Assembly (NCBI GenBank): GCA_040384505.1
Contig: JAZKJB010000361.1
Coordinates: 1-32,604, forward strand
Reading direction: 5' to 3'
Length of the DNA stretch: 32,604 bases
Source of the DNA: Bdellovibrionota bacterium
Lineage (GTDB): Bacteria; Bdellovibrionota; Bdellovibrionia; Bdellovibrionales; JAMPXM01
Shown here: positions 1 to 8,812 of the stretch, in pieces
How the letters are laid out: every line of letters begins with the position of its first letter
How positions within the stretch are numbered: the first letter of the stretch is position 1
Program-made: the position numbers and the translations under genes
The notes under the pieces: model-generated
The model's database searches: none
Told to the model about the DNA's origin: nothing
Seen by the model: only the letters and a program-made list of their open reading frames with translations

Positions 1-875
1 AGCTCTCTTGCTTTGTCGGCTTGGATGCGGCCGTTGTCGAAGGTGGCGACGAGATCGTCGCGATTCGTTCCGCGGGTCTCGATGAGACCTTTGAATTTTT
101 GAAAATTCGGAGAGACGTCGCCGGCAGCACCTTGAACGAAGATGCAAATTCCGCCGACTTCTTTCTCCATCAGTTCGGCGGCGACACCCTTGTTGTCGGG
201 ATGAATCATGCTTTGATCGCGATGCATGGAAGTGCAGTGAACGGCGAAGTCGTTCACGCAACCGAGGAAGCGACCGTCGACGTCTTCGAACCGATAGTGG
301 CGCATCGTGCGGTCGAGAGCCCGATTGCGATCGGTGAATGTGTAGGGGGTCACGTCGGGATTCAAGTTCCAGGCGGCGATGCTGCGGTTGAATGCCGCCG
401 GCTTCTCTGCGGCGATCGCGCCTTCGGCGTACCGAATTCGCCCTGGCTTCATTACCGAGTAGGCCTCGAGGATCGCCGCTGCGGCACCATCGGCGTAGCA
501 CTCCAAGACATGGGGGTACCAGCCGAGGCTCGCGACGCTATAGAGAACGTCATGATAGTGGCCGCCCGGTGCGCAATGCGTATGTGTCGCGCTCACGATG
601 AGATCGTCTTCGGCCCACTCGGGAAACTTTCGGCGAATGCGTTCCAAGATCGCATCGCGCACGGCTTGCGCGACGGAGCAGATTTCGAGACAGACGAGCG
701 CCAGGGGTTTCGAGCCAGAAGTTTTGATGACGACCGCGCGAGCATGGAGCGGCATCCCGACCTTCAGCGCGCGGTGCTTCGGATCGACGTAGCCGTAGAG
801 CATCTCGCCCTTCGGCGGCGGAGTGATGTCGCGTTTCGCGAAGCCGAGCTCGAAGAGATCGCCCGCCTGACTCAT
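1..875 (-). CDS. neutral/alkaline (non-lysosomal) ceramidase family protein, N-terminal ~291 aa; gene continues beyond the window start
   Basis: Not in the ORF track because it has no in-window stop. Hand translation of the minus strand from ATG 875-873 has no in-frame stop down to position 1. It reads MSQAGDLFELGFAKRDITPPPKGEMLYGYVDPKHRALKVGMPLHARAVVIK...DDLIVSATHTHCAPGGHYHDVLYSVASLGW. This matches the N-terminal layout and the ATHTHxxPGG metal-site motif of neutral ceramidases. Strong G/C at codon position 3. The ATG overlaps the upstream stop (ATGA). No N-terminal hydrophobic leader. Confidence 0.75.
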   Translation of the reverse strand, partial: MSQAGDLFELGFAKRDITPPPKGEMLYGYVDPKHRALKVGMPLHARAVVIKTSGSKPLALVCLEICSVAQAVRDAILERIRRKFPEWAEDDLIVSATHTHCAPGGHYHDVLYSVASLGWYPHVLECYADGAAAAILEAYSVMKPGRIRYAEGAIAAEKPAAFNRSIAAWNLNPDVTPYTFTDRNRALDRTMRHYRFEDVDGRFLGCVNDFAVHCTSMHRDQSMIHPDNKGVAAELMEKEVGGICIFVQGAAGDVSPNFQKFKGLIETRGTNRDDLVATFDNGRIQADKARE

Positions 876-2119
876 ACGAAGCACTGCCCTTCGCCGCGAT
901 AAGTTTTGACGACGTCGACCACTCGGTCGCCGCGGATCAAGTGAAGCTCACCGAAGCGTTCACAGAGCTCGCCGGCTTTCGCGTGGCGGAAAAAGACGAG
1001 ATCGCCGATCGAAAGTGGATCGCCGCTCGCGATGGGAGTTTGAACTTCGCCGGCTCCCTCGTTTCGAAGAAGCGTCACACCTTCGGGAAGATAAGGAACC
1101 GGTGCGCGATCCGGGCCGACTCCCGATGCCGGGTATCCGCCACCGAGGCAAGTCCAAGTGCCCGGATGTGAGTGGCGCGTGACTTCGAGTGCGAAACCCG
1201 CTGCCGGGTCGAATTTGAAATCGCTGTAATGATCGAAAAGGGCCGGCGAGAAGAAGCCGCTTCCGACCGTGACTTCGGTGACCGCTTCGTCTTTCGTCGT
1301 CGACCCGAGACTGCCCGTTCCGCCGCCGTTCACGAATCTCAGCTCGGCACCGGCCTCGCGAAGAACGTGAACCGCTTCGGCCCGACGTGCACGCACTTCC
1401 GCGATCGACCGCGATTTCAACCACGCGATGATCGGCGTCATCCACTTCGCGGGCGGCTCGTCTTGAACTCCGGCGATTTGCGCCTCGTAAGACATCAATC
1501 CTTCGATTCGCAGATGCGGCCACGTTCCCGTTTTCAAGAGTGCTCGAAGAGTCTTCGCGTTCGTCAGCGACGATCGATGCACGCCGAAATAAATTCCCGG
1601 AACGCGAGTCGACGCATCGAGATCGAGACAGACCTTGAACTGGACCCCGTGCGCTCGGGCGATCGCTTCGTAGCGATCGAGATGTTCGGCGAGATCGGCC
1701 ATCAACGTGATGTCCGCACCCGAAGAAACTGCAGCAGCCAGATCCGAGAGCTCTTTTGCGTTCACCATCGGATAGCCGATGACGAGATCTCGGTAGCCCA
1801 GCTTCGCGAGCCACAGAGTTTCGCGCGCACTCATCGTCATGAGTCCGGCATAGGAAGGAAGTCGAGCCAAGACGACGTCGAGGATCGCGCGCGAACGAAT
1901 CGACTTCGTTCCGATCCGGAGTTTCTTCCCTCGGGCACGAGCGAGCATCGCATCGATGTTCGACTCGAGCAGGTCGAGGTCCACCCAGGCGAGCGGACAC
2001 GGCGATCCACTCAGAGCGTGGCGATAGCGCTTGAGCCGATCGACTCGGCTTTCGGGTCCTGGTTTGCGCGGCACGGAGGCCGCGGTTTTTCTGACGAGCT
2101 CGTTTCCTTCGGAAATCAT
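872..2119 (-). CDS. fold-type III PLP enzyme, D-serine dehydratase / D-threonine aldolase-like (amino acid deaminase/aldolase, alanine racemase N-terminal domain)
   Basis: ORF track 872..2170 (432 aa). Motifs: PLAWVDLDLLESNIDAM, PLP-lysine context KLRIGTKSIRS, FVNGGGTGS, C-terminal beta domain. Start placed at ATG 2119 (MISEGNE) because GGAGG lies 3 nt upstream. The longer start at 2170 has no SD but remains possible. Confidence 0.85.
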   Translation of the reverse strand: MISEGNELVRKTAASVPRKPGPESRVDRLKRYRHALSGSPCPLAWVDLDLLESNIDAMLARARGKKLRIGTKSIRSRAILDVVLARLPSYAGLMTMSARETLWLAKLGYRDLVIGYPMVNAKELSDLAAAVSSGADITLMADLAEHLDRYEAIARAHGVQFKVCLDLDASTRVPGIYFGVHRSSLTNAKTLRALLKTGTWPHLRIEGLMSYEAQIAGVQDEPPAKWMTPIIAWLKSRSIAEVRARRAEAVHVLREAGAELRFVNGGGTGSLGSTTKDEAVTEVTVGSGFFSPALFDHYSDFKFDPAAGFALEVTRHSHPGTWTCLGGGYPASGVGPDRAPVPYLPEGVTLLRNEGAGEVQTPIASGDPLSIGDLVFFRHAKAGELCERFGELHLIRGDRVVDVVKTYRGEGQCFV

Positions 2120-2258
2120 CGACCTCCATTCACCGACATCGGCCACGCTTTTGGAAGCAAAACCCATCACCTGACCCGAGGTCCGGTATCGATAGGTCGA
2201 AGCAAACGCGTCCCGTTAGGCCCGTTACTGAAAGCGTGACTGCCTGTACCATCGAGAC

Positions 2259-4754
2259 ATGCCCAAGAGTTTCGTTTTCGCCGCCCGTTTCGCCTATTGG
2301 CGGATTGCCCTCGCGATTGGTATCGTCGCGCTCGCAACCGGAGTTCCAATGTCATCTCACGCGCAGCTCACTGTCGCTCGCTTCGAAGCGCCGTCCACCG
2401 TACGCCTCGTTTTCGGCAACGATGTCGCGCCTCGCATCCGCGAGCGAGTGACCGAGTTGATGTCGCGGGTGACGTCCTCTCGCACGATCGTCGAGCAAGA
2501 TGCGTCGTCCGTTTCGCCCGCGCCTGGCGACTGGGTTCTCTCGTTCGGCGAAACGCCGGTGACCCGCAAACTCCTTTCACGCGAGCACACCGCCCAGCAA
2601 GGACCGGAAGGCTTCGTCGTCAGATCGGCCGAAGAAAATGGCGTCGTTTATCTCGTCGCCGACGGGAATGCGGCCGAAGGCGAACGCGTGTCGATGGTCG
2701 TCAATCGAGGACTCAGCTTCGGCGTCTATGAAGTTTTGCAGAGAATCGGTTTTCGATTCTGGCATCCGTTCACGCCTCGTGCGCCGTCGGCGCTTCGCTT
2801 CAACGGGCCACTCGATTTGAAAGAGAAACCGCGTTGGCCGATTCGCGGGTTCCATCTCCACACGATGCATCCGATCGAGCTCACGCATGTGCTCAATGCC
2901 TGGGGTCCTGGAGGACCCGACGATGCGAAAGGATGGGAGTCGCTTCTCCCGGAGTGGGATCTCTATCTCGAGTGGTCGATCGCGCACCGCCAGAACATCG
3001 TCCAATGGGCGTTGCTCGCCGACAAAAAACATCTCGCATTCAACGACTCTCCCGAGCGCCTCACTCGACTCACGAAGCTCGTGAAGATGGCGCATCGCTG
3101 GGGGGTCGTGACCGGCATCGACGTCGGCATCGTCCTCGAGCAACAGAACACGTGGCGCTTGATTCGCAAGACCGGGAAGCTCGCCGACGAGCTCTCGCAA
3201 ATCAAAACGCGCGTGAACTGGCTCATGCGCACGGGAATGGATTATCTCGCCGCCGAAATGGGCTTCAGCGAATTCCAACCCGCCGACGATCAAAAGATGC
3301 TCGACTGGATGAACGCGGTCACTCGCGAAGTCGAAGACGTCTACAACCGACCCTGCTACATGAAGATCCACGTCTCGCGCGGGCAGCACTCGAAAAAGTT
3401 CAAGGACCCCGACACGAAGGCGCCGTTGAACTTCAACTTCCTCCCCCACTACGCGGACAAGCGTCTCGTCGTGATGCCGCACACGGTGGAGCTTTACTCA
3501 CTCGACGATCCCGCGCCGACTTACGGAAACAAAGACTTCTCGGAGATTCGCCGCTTCACTTCTCTCGAAGCCGGCTCTCGCCCGGTCGTGTTCTATCCCG
3601 AAGTCGGATACTGGGTGAGTTACGACGTCGACGTCCCGCTTTTCTTGCCGTCGTACGCGGAACGCCGACTCCACGATCTCCGCTTGCTCGCGAGCGACGA
3701 AGACGAGGGACGGCTCGGTCGCGGGAGCGCCGTAGGTTCGAAGATCCAAGGGCAAATCGTTTTCTCCAGCGGCTTCGAGTGGGGATATTGGTTCCCGCAT
3801 CTCGTCGCGGCCGCGAGCGCGTGGAATCCCCGCACGGACATCACCGACGGTCGTGAAGCATGGAAAGCCATCGTCCACGACGTCTTCCGCAGCGAAGGCG
3901 ATGCACGAGCGGAAGAGCTCGTGAACGTGCTGACTCAAACGGTCCGCGAGCAACATGCTCTCTTGATCGAAGGAAAAGTCGCGGGCTTGAAACCGCGGCA
4001 GATCGAGAAACTCAACGGCATGGCGTATCTCTCGGGACAAGACACGTGGGGTGAGCTCAACACCGTTCTCCACGACGTGTTCAAGTTTCCGCATGCGGCG
4101 ACTTCGCCGAACCGCGCTCCCGCAAAAGCGTTTCGCAAGAGCAAGGTCTTCAAAGGTCTCGACTACTCGAAAGACATCACTCCGCTCTTGAAAGAGATGG
4201 AGACTTCGTTCGAGAAACTGGCGAGAGACTACGACCGCCTCGCGATGAATCCGCCCGAAGATCTCGCGCCCGAGATGAAAGAGTTCCGAGACGGCGCCTG
4301 GATGAATGCCCTACGCGCAAAACAAGTCCGGGCCCTCTACGACGCCGAAGCATCAGTGTCCATCGGGCGCGACTCGAGCTGGCGCCAAGCCCGCATCGAC
4401 ACCGCGAAGGCCGCACTCGACGAGGCCGCGGAAATCGCGAACGAGCGCGCGTCGGAGTTTCGCACCGACTACCAACGGAACGCGGGCTGGGGAACGAACC
4501 CGACGGTGTATCGTTATGCTTATCTTTGGACGGCTCAAAATTTATTCTACTGGCGTCGCGACGAGGGGCGAGTGGTCACGAGACCGAAGAACCTCTGCTA
4601 CATGAACATCATCAATCCGGCCGAAGTCGCTTTCGCGAGCGGTCAGAAGAACGTTCTCTACCGGGTTCTCTCGACCGTCGCGAAGCTTCCCGGCTTCGGC
4701 TCCGTGAAAGCGTGCTTGAGTCCGAGCCCGCTCGAACCTAAGCTCGGTCGATGA
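2259..4754 (+). CDS. large secreted protein of unknown function (Sec signal; possibly a glycosidase-like TIM-barrel core)
   Basis: 831-aa ORF with protein-like composition. N-terminal signal WRIALAIGIVALATGVPMSSHA/QL. The segment KPRWPIRGFHLHTMHPIEL resembles the first-strand region of GH20-type barrels, but I cannot place catalytic residues. Confidence 0.8.
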   Translation: MPKSFVFAARFAYWRIALAIGIVALATGVPMSSHAQLTVARFEAPSTVRLVFGNDVAPRIRERVTELMSRVTSSRTIVEQDASSVSPAPGDWVLSFGETPVTRKLLSREHTAQQGPEGFVVRSAEENGVVYLVADGNAAEGERVSMVVNRGLSFGVYEVLQRIGFRFWHPFTPRAPSALRFNGPLDLKEKPRWPIRGFHLHTMHPIELTHVLNAWGPGGPDDAKGWESLLPEWDLYLEWSIAHRQNIVQWALLADKKHLAFNDSPERLTRLTKLVKMAHRWGVVTGIDVGIVLEQQNTWRLIRKTGKLADELSQIKTRVNWLMRTGMDYLAAEMGFSEFQPADDQKMLDWMNAVTREVEDVYNRPCYMKIHVSRGQHSKKFKDPDTKAPLNFNFLPHYADKRLVVMPHTVELYSLDDPAPTYGNKDFSEIRRFTSLEAGSRPVVFYPEVGYWVSYDVDVPLFLPSYAERRLHDLRLLASDEDEGRLGRGSAVGSKIQGQIVFSSGFEWGYWFPHLVAAASAWNPRTDITDGREAWKAIVHDVFRSEGDARAEELVNVLTQTVREQHALLIEGKVAGLKPRQIEKLNGMAYLSGQDTWGELNTVLHDVFKFPHAATSPNRAPAKAFRKSKVFKGLDYSKDITPLLKEMETSFEKLARDYDRLAMNPPEDLAPEMKEFRDGAWMNALRAKQVRALYDAEASVSIGRDSSWRQARIDTAKAALDEAAEIANERASEFRTDYQRNAGWGTNPTVYRYAYLWTAQNLFYWRRDEGRVVTRPKNLCYMNIINPAEVAFASGQKNVLYRVLSTVAKLPGFGSVKACLSPSPLEPKLGR

Positions 4755-4766
4755 CGAGGTGAGCGA

Positions 4767-5381
4767 ATGTGTGCCCGGTATACTCCCCCCGGTGAAATGA
4801 AAGACGTCGAGCGCACTTTTCGCGCTCAATTGAAAATTGCAAAGGATGCGGCATTCAAGCCCGTCATTTATCCCGGCTACCAAGCACCCGTCGTTTTGGG
4901 CTCAGATGAGAATCGTAGGATCGAAGATCGATTCTGGGGCTTGATGTACAACATGCGCGGCAAGCGCGATCCAACGAAGCTCCTCGAGAAGCTCGCACAA
5001 AATGCCGTGAGCGAAACGATCCACGAGAAGAAGACGTTCAAAGGAGCCTGGGAGAAGAGCCAGCGCTGCGTGATCGTCGCCGAGAACTTCTTCGAACCTT
5101 CTCCCGAGCACGGCGGCTGGGCTCTTTTCAAAGATGCGAAGGCGCCGCTGCTCGCGATTGCCGGTATCTACGACAAGACGACGTTCAAAGGACTCCCCCG
5201 CGAAGCGTTCACGATGCTCACGTGCGCACCGAACCCGTTCATGGCGGTCATCCACGATCGAATGCCCGTCATTTTGAACGCGAGCGATGTCGACGAGTGG
5301 CTCTCGGTCGACACGTCACCCGAAGAAGCCAAACGTTTATTGAAACCTTATGCGGGAAACTTGGTCGCGGCTTCCGCTTAG
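4767..5381 (+). CDS. SOS response-associated peptidase (SRAP / YedK / HMCES family)
   Basis: Starts MCARYTPPG (catalytic Cys2). Also RFWGLM, RCVIVAENFFEP and VIHDRMPVIL...WL, which fit the SRAP Cys/Glu/His layout. GAGGTG SD 5 nt upstream of the ATG. Confidence 0.9.
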   Translation: MCARYTPPGEMKDVERTFRAQLKIAKDAAFKPVIYPGYQAPVVLGSDENRRIEDRFWGLMYNMRGKRDPTKLLEKLAQNAVSETIHEKKTFKGAWEKSQRCVIVAENFFEPSPEHGGWALFKDAKAPLLAIAGIYDKTTFKGLPREAFTMLTCAPNPFMAVIHDRMPVILNASDVDEWLSVDTSPEEAKRLLKPYAGNLVAASA

Positions 5382-5902
5382 AGCGCGACGTTGATCGTGA
5401 AGTAGGGGTCGACGAATTCTTGCTCGTAGGCAGGACTGATCGTCGCTCCACCCGACTCAGGATATTTGAATCTCTTGTAGCTCAACTGAACTCCGAGTCC
5501 CACTTTACCTAGCGGCACCTGATAGCCGACGTCGAGTTGATACCCGGTTCCCTTGTAACTCGAATAGGTCGACGTCAGGAAGTACGTGAACATCGTATAG
5601 ACGCCGTTCATTGGACCCTGCATCCATCCCACCGAGGGACCGAACGACGCGCGATTCGTCGAGGGGCTAGTGCTGGAATAATTGACGGCTTCGGTGCCGT
5701 AAAGAAACCCGAGCGTCCAGCCATCCGCGTGAGCGAAGCCAGCTCCAACGTCGATCAATGTTCTCGTGGTCTTGTCGATCGAGCCCGAGCCTCCGCCCGA
5801 GCTCAGGTACATCGCTTCGGCGCGAACGTAGCCTTGTGCCTTCGCTTCCCGCGCACCGATCAATGCCCCTAAGACCAGGATGAGTGTCGCGAAGTGTTTC
5901 AT
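5378..5902 (-). CDS. small outer-membrane beta-barrel protein (porin-family / OmpW-size)
   Basis: Signal peptide MKHFATLILVLGALIGAREAKA/QG. Alternating hydrophobic beta-strand pattern rich in G/Y/S/T. Its stop overlaps the stop of the convergent SRAP gene (5378-5381). Confidence 0.75.
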   Translation of the reverse strand: MKHFATLILVLGALIGAREAKAQGYVRAEAMYLSSGGGSGSIDKTTRTLIDVGAGFAHADGWTLGFLYGTEAVNYSSTSPSTNRASFGPSVGWMQGPMNGVYTMFTYFLTSTYSSYKGTGYQLDVGYQVPLGKVGLGVQLSYKRFKYPESGGATISPAYEQEFVDPYFTINVAL

Positions 5903-6101
5903 GTCTTCCAGTCTAGGCTCGATGCCTCGCGTTTCCTACGGGACCTCGTCCAACAGCTAGTCGAGCGGGAAATCTGTTCACGCCTTCGACACCGACGCCG
6001 AATTGAGGGCTTTTCGCGGCTTTCGCCCACCCCAAGTCGAGATTACGTGGTCGCGACCCGGCCCCGAGCCTGCACCGAGCATCCTCGGCTGGAGGTCCCT
6101 C

Positions 6102-7262
6102 ATGAAATTCCGCGCGGCTCTTTTCGCTTTCACGATGTCGTTGATGAGCTCGATCGCGATCGCACAATCGGTGCCGACGCCGGAGCAGCTCTATCTCCGC
6201 GGGAATTTCGAGGCTCGGCAGAAGCATTCGTGGCACGAAAATCATCAAGGTGAAGAACTCGATCTCTCCGAGCGTCGTCCAGTCGTGAACCTTCGCGGAA
6301 CGATCTTCGAATCGAAGTACGCTCGCCCCGGTTCGACGCTCTTCGCGAACTTCTTCCACATGGGGAAGTTCTATATCGTTCGCGTTCCCGATCGCGGAGT
6401 GAAGAACGTCTACTTCCAACTCGCGTACTTTCCACCGAAAGTTCTCTCGAAGTACATCGCCGCGCACTCACTCCTTCGCTTCGAAATGGAGAATGATCGT
6501 CCGATCGAGCTGGTCGCCGTGATGCCCGACGAAACCAAGCTCCTGAATCTCGGTCAGATGGATGCCGCGCGTGCGATCGAATCGCTTCCGAGCGAGCTCG
6601 AAGGCGAGAAATTTCGCATTCGCAACGTTGCTATTTCGGCCGAAGCCCAATGGTCGAAGACGGATCCGAAGAAGGCTTACGACTTGAAGCGCGGCGAGCT
6701 CGGAGCTTTCATGCAGATCGTGCGCTTCGTTTCGATGCAGACTCGCTTGGTCGAATTCTTCAAGGTCGGCAATCCGGCTTCGCAGATCTTGTTGGATCCT
6801 AACGGCGAAAACCCGAACGATTTGCTGAGGGACGCTCTCGTCCGAAGCGAATCGGAAGGAATCAAGAACGCGTACAGCACGCTCTTCTACAACTGCACGA
6901 CGATCGCGTTCGAGATGATCAGGAAGTCGTTCAAATATGCCGAAAGGCGATTGGGCTTCATCCGAGCGTGGATCGAAGAGCGAATCCCCGTCTTTTCGAA
7001 AGCGACGCTGAAGCACTACGGTGGGATCGAAGTCTTACCGCTTCAACTCGACAAGACGCTCGCTCCCGAGATGAAGATCGCCTATGACATCGTGATCCTC
7101 GATCCCGAGCACAAGACTCGTGAGCTTCCGATGACAGAATTGAACATGAAGGTCGTCGAGCAAGCGGAAGGCACGCTGCTGGAGAAGGGCTTGATTTCGA
7201 GACGAAACGCCCGCGGGGCGTTCTTGAAATGTCCTCAAATCTTCGGCGCGAAGGCAAAATGA
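6102..7262 (+). CDS. secreted DUF4105-like protein
   Basis: ORF track 6003..7262. Start moved to ATG 6102 (GGAGG 6 nt upstream), giving the signal peptide MKFRAALFAFTMSLMSSIAIA/QS. AHSLLRFE and YSTLFYNCTTIAFEMI resemble the conserved GH(T/S)xLRF and YxFFxxNC(A/T)T motifs of DUF4105. The family assignment is from memory and needs an HMM check. Confidence 0.7.
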   Translation: MKFRAALFAFTMSLMSSIAIAQSVPTPEQLYLRGNFEARQKHSWHENHQGEELDLSERRPVVNLRGTIFESKYARPGSTLFANFFHMGKFYIVRVPDRGVKNVYFQLAYFPPKVLSKYIAAHSLLRFEMENDRPIELVAVMPDETKLLNLGQMDAARAIESLPSELEGEKFRIRNVAISAEAQWSKTDPKKAYDLKRGELGAFMQIVRFVSMQTRLVEFFKVGNPASQILLDPNGENPNDLLRDALVRSESEGIKNAYSTLFYNCTTIAFEMIRKSFKYAERRLGFIRAWIEERIPVFSKATLKHYGGIEVLPLQLDKTLAPEMKIAYDIVILDPEHKTRELPMTELNMKVVEQAEGTLLEKGLISRRNARGAFLKCPQIFGAKAK

Positions 7263-7510
7263 GTCGCTTCGAGCTCTTCCACAAAATCGCGAACGTCGAC
7301 TGCGCCGCCATTCGACGTCGTATCTCGGAGATGGGATTGAAATCCCTCTTCGACTTCCGCAACGTCGACACCGGCGACACTGCGAGCGGAGATCTCGCTT
7401 CACGCGGAGGCTCCCTCGAGGCCGTTCCGATCGTCTGGGACGGAACGAAGCTCATCACCGGTCGCAACGACATCGAAATTTTTCTCACGACTCTCGCCAA
7501 TCGAATCTGA
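7259..7510 (+). CDS. small glutaredoxin/thioredoxin-fold-like protein lacking a CxxC motif
   Basis: ORF track 7229..7510. ATG 7259 overlaps the upstream stop (ATGA). MSRFELFHKIANVDCAAIRRRISEMGL...VPIVWDGTKLITGRNDIEIFL follows the beta-alpha-beta ... VP-x-hydrophobic-x-G Grx-like pattern, with a single Cys. Confidence 0.55.
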   Translation: MSRFELFHKIANVDCAAIRRRISEMGLKSLFDFRNVDTGDTASGDLASRGGSLEAVPIVWDGTKLITGRNDIEIFLTTLANRI

Positions 7511-7609
7511 AGTTTCGGTCCGGCTCCACTTTGGAACTAGAGCGGCACTAATACGGACCCCATTTATTTCTAATTTCCATTCTCTCGCACTCATCCGTAC
7601 GTTGAAGAG

Positions 7610-8812
7610 ATGGATACGGCGACTTACCAACACAAATTGAAATCGAATCTCCCGAAGCTCTACGCTTTCTCGTTCTTTCAATGCTTCCTCGTCTTGATCC
7701 CCGTCGTCGTGCCCTATCTTCAAGGCAAAGGACTCACGCTCGAGGACGTGTTCTTGTTGCAAGCGATTTTCGGCGCGACGTTGATCGTCTCCGATGCACC
7801 CGCGGGATATCTCGCGGATCTGTTCGGACGCAAGCGTTCGCTCATCATCGGAAGCGTCGTCTTGGCACTCGGCTACCAAGTTCTTTGGTTCGGCGAAACG
7901 TTCGTTCATTTCGCGATCTGGGAAGTGATCTTGGGCTTCGGCTTGAGCTTGCAGAGCGGATGCGACGTCGCGATTTTGTACAACACTTTGGATGAGCTCG
8001 GGACGAACGGCAGGAAAGCGGGCTTCCTCGGCCGCCGAATCACCGCGCAAACGACCGGTGAAGGCTTCGCTTCGATTCTCGCAAGCGTTCTCACCGTCGT
8101 TTCCCTCGCGTTACCGGCGTACGTGAACGCGCTGACGTCTTGGATTCCGGTCTTCATCGCCATGACACTCGTGGAGCCTGCCGGTCAGCGGATGTCGCGA
8201 ACATCGCACCTCGAAAATTTCCGGGCGATCGCTCGCGCGTTGTTCGGTCATTCGAAAATGCTCACGTTCGCGATCCTGAATTTCATCTTCTACGGCTTCG
8301 CCACTTACTGCGCGGTCTGGATGCTTCAGCCGTATTGGAAGAGCCTCGGGATTCCGGTCGCGGTCTTCGGATTTCTGTGGGCGGCAAACAGTTTCGCGGC
8401 AGCGCTAGTCTCGCGGTTCGCGCATGCAATCGAAGAGAAAATCGGTTCGACGACATCGATCGTCGTGATCGCACTTCTGCCGATCGTCGGCTACTTGGGC
8501 ATGGGCCACGCGCCTGGACACTGGGGACTCGCGTTCATCTTGGCGTTTCCGCTCTGCCGGGGTCTGAATCAGGTTTTATTCCTCGACGCGATCAACACTC
8601 GGGTTCCCCCCGAGATGAGAGCGACGACGAACTCGATCGGTTCACTCGGTATGAGAGCCTTGTTCATCGTCTTCGGCCCTCTCGTCGGACGCACGTTGGA
8701 CACACAAGGCCCACAAGCCGCGCTGTCGTCACTCGGAATCGTGTACGTGATCGGCTTCTGCTTGATCGCATTGCCTTTGTTGAGTCAGCGGCGCCACTTC
8801 CGGATGGAGTGA
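7610..8812 (+). CDS. MFS transporter
   Basis: 400 aa and about 12 hydrophobic segments. MFS signature loop GYLADLFGRKRSLIIG between TM2 and TM3. Confidence 0.9.
   Translation: MDTATYQHKLKSNLPKLYAFSFFQCFLVLIPVVVPYLQGKGLTLEDVFLLQAIFGATLIVSDAPAGYLADLFGRKRSLIIGSVVLALGYQVLWFGETFVHFAIWEVILGFGLSLQSGCDVAILYNTLDELGTNGRKAGFLGRRITAQTTGEGFASILASVLTVVSLALPAYVNALTSWIPVFIAMTLVEPAGQRMSRTSHLENFRAIARALFGHSKMLTFAILNFIFYGFATYCAVWMLQPYWKSLGIPVAVFGFLWAANSFAAALVSRFAHAIEEKIGSTTSIVVIALLPIVGYLGMGHAPGHWGLAFILAFPLCRGLNQVLFLDAINTRVPPEMRATTNSIGSLGMRALFIVFGPLVGRTLDTQGPQAALSSLGIVYVIGFCLIALPLLSQRRHFRME

Noticed and set aside
21-902. 293-aa plus-strand ORF covering the start of the window
   Set aside because: It is the antisense shadow of the minus-strand ceramidase gene. 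Its sequence is low in information (runs of A/V/G/R/D). The minus frame carries the recognisable ATHTHxxPGG family signature and the position-3 G/C bias.
960-2239. 389-aa (minus, 960..2129) and 355-aa (plus, 1172..2239) ORFs overlapping the PLP-enzyme gene
   Set aside because: Arg/Ser-rich out-of-frame or antisense translations typical of GC-rich DNA. No motifs. The third frame (872..2170) has clear fold-type III PLP enzyme features.
7517-7579. GGTCCG...CGGACC stem followed by CCATTTATTTCTAATTTCC after the Grx-like gene, considered as an intrinsic terminator
   Set aside because: The stem is only 6 bp, with a 31-nt partly structured loop. The AT-rich tract could equally be the promoter region of the MFS gene. 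This is too weak to call as a feature.
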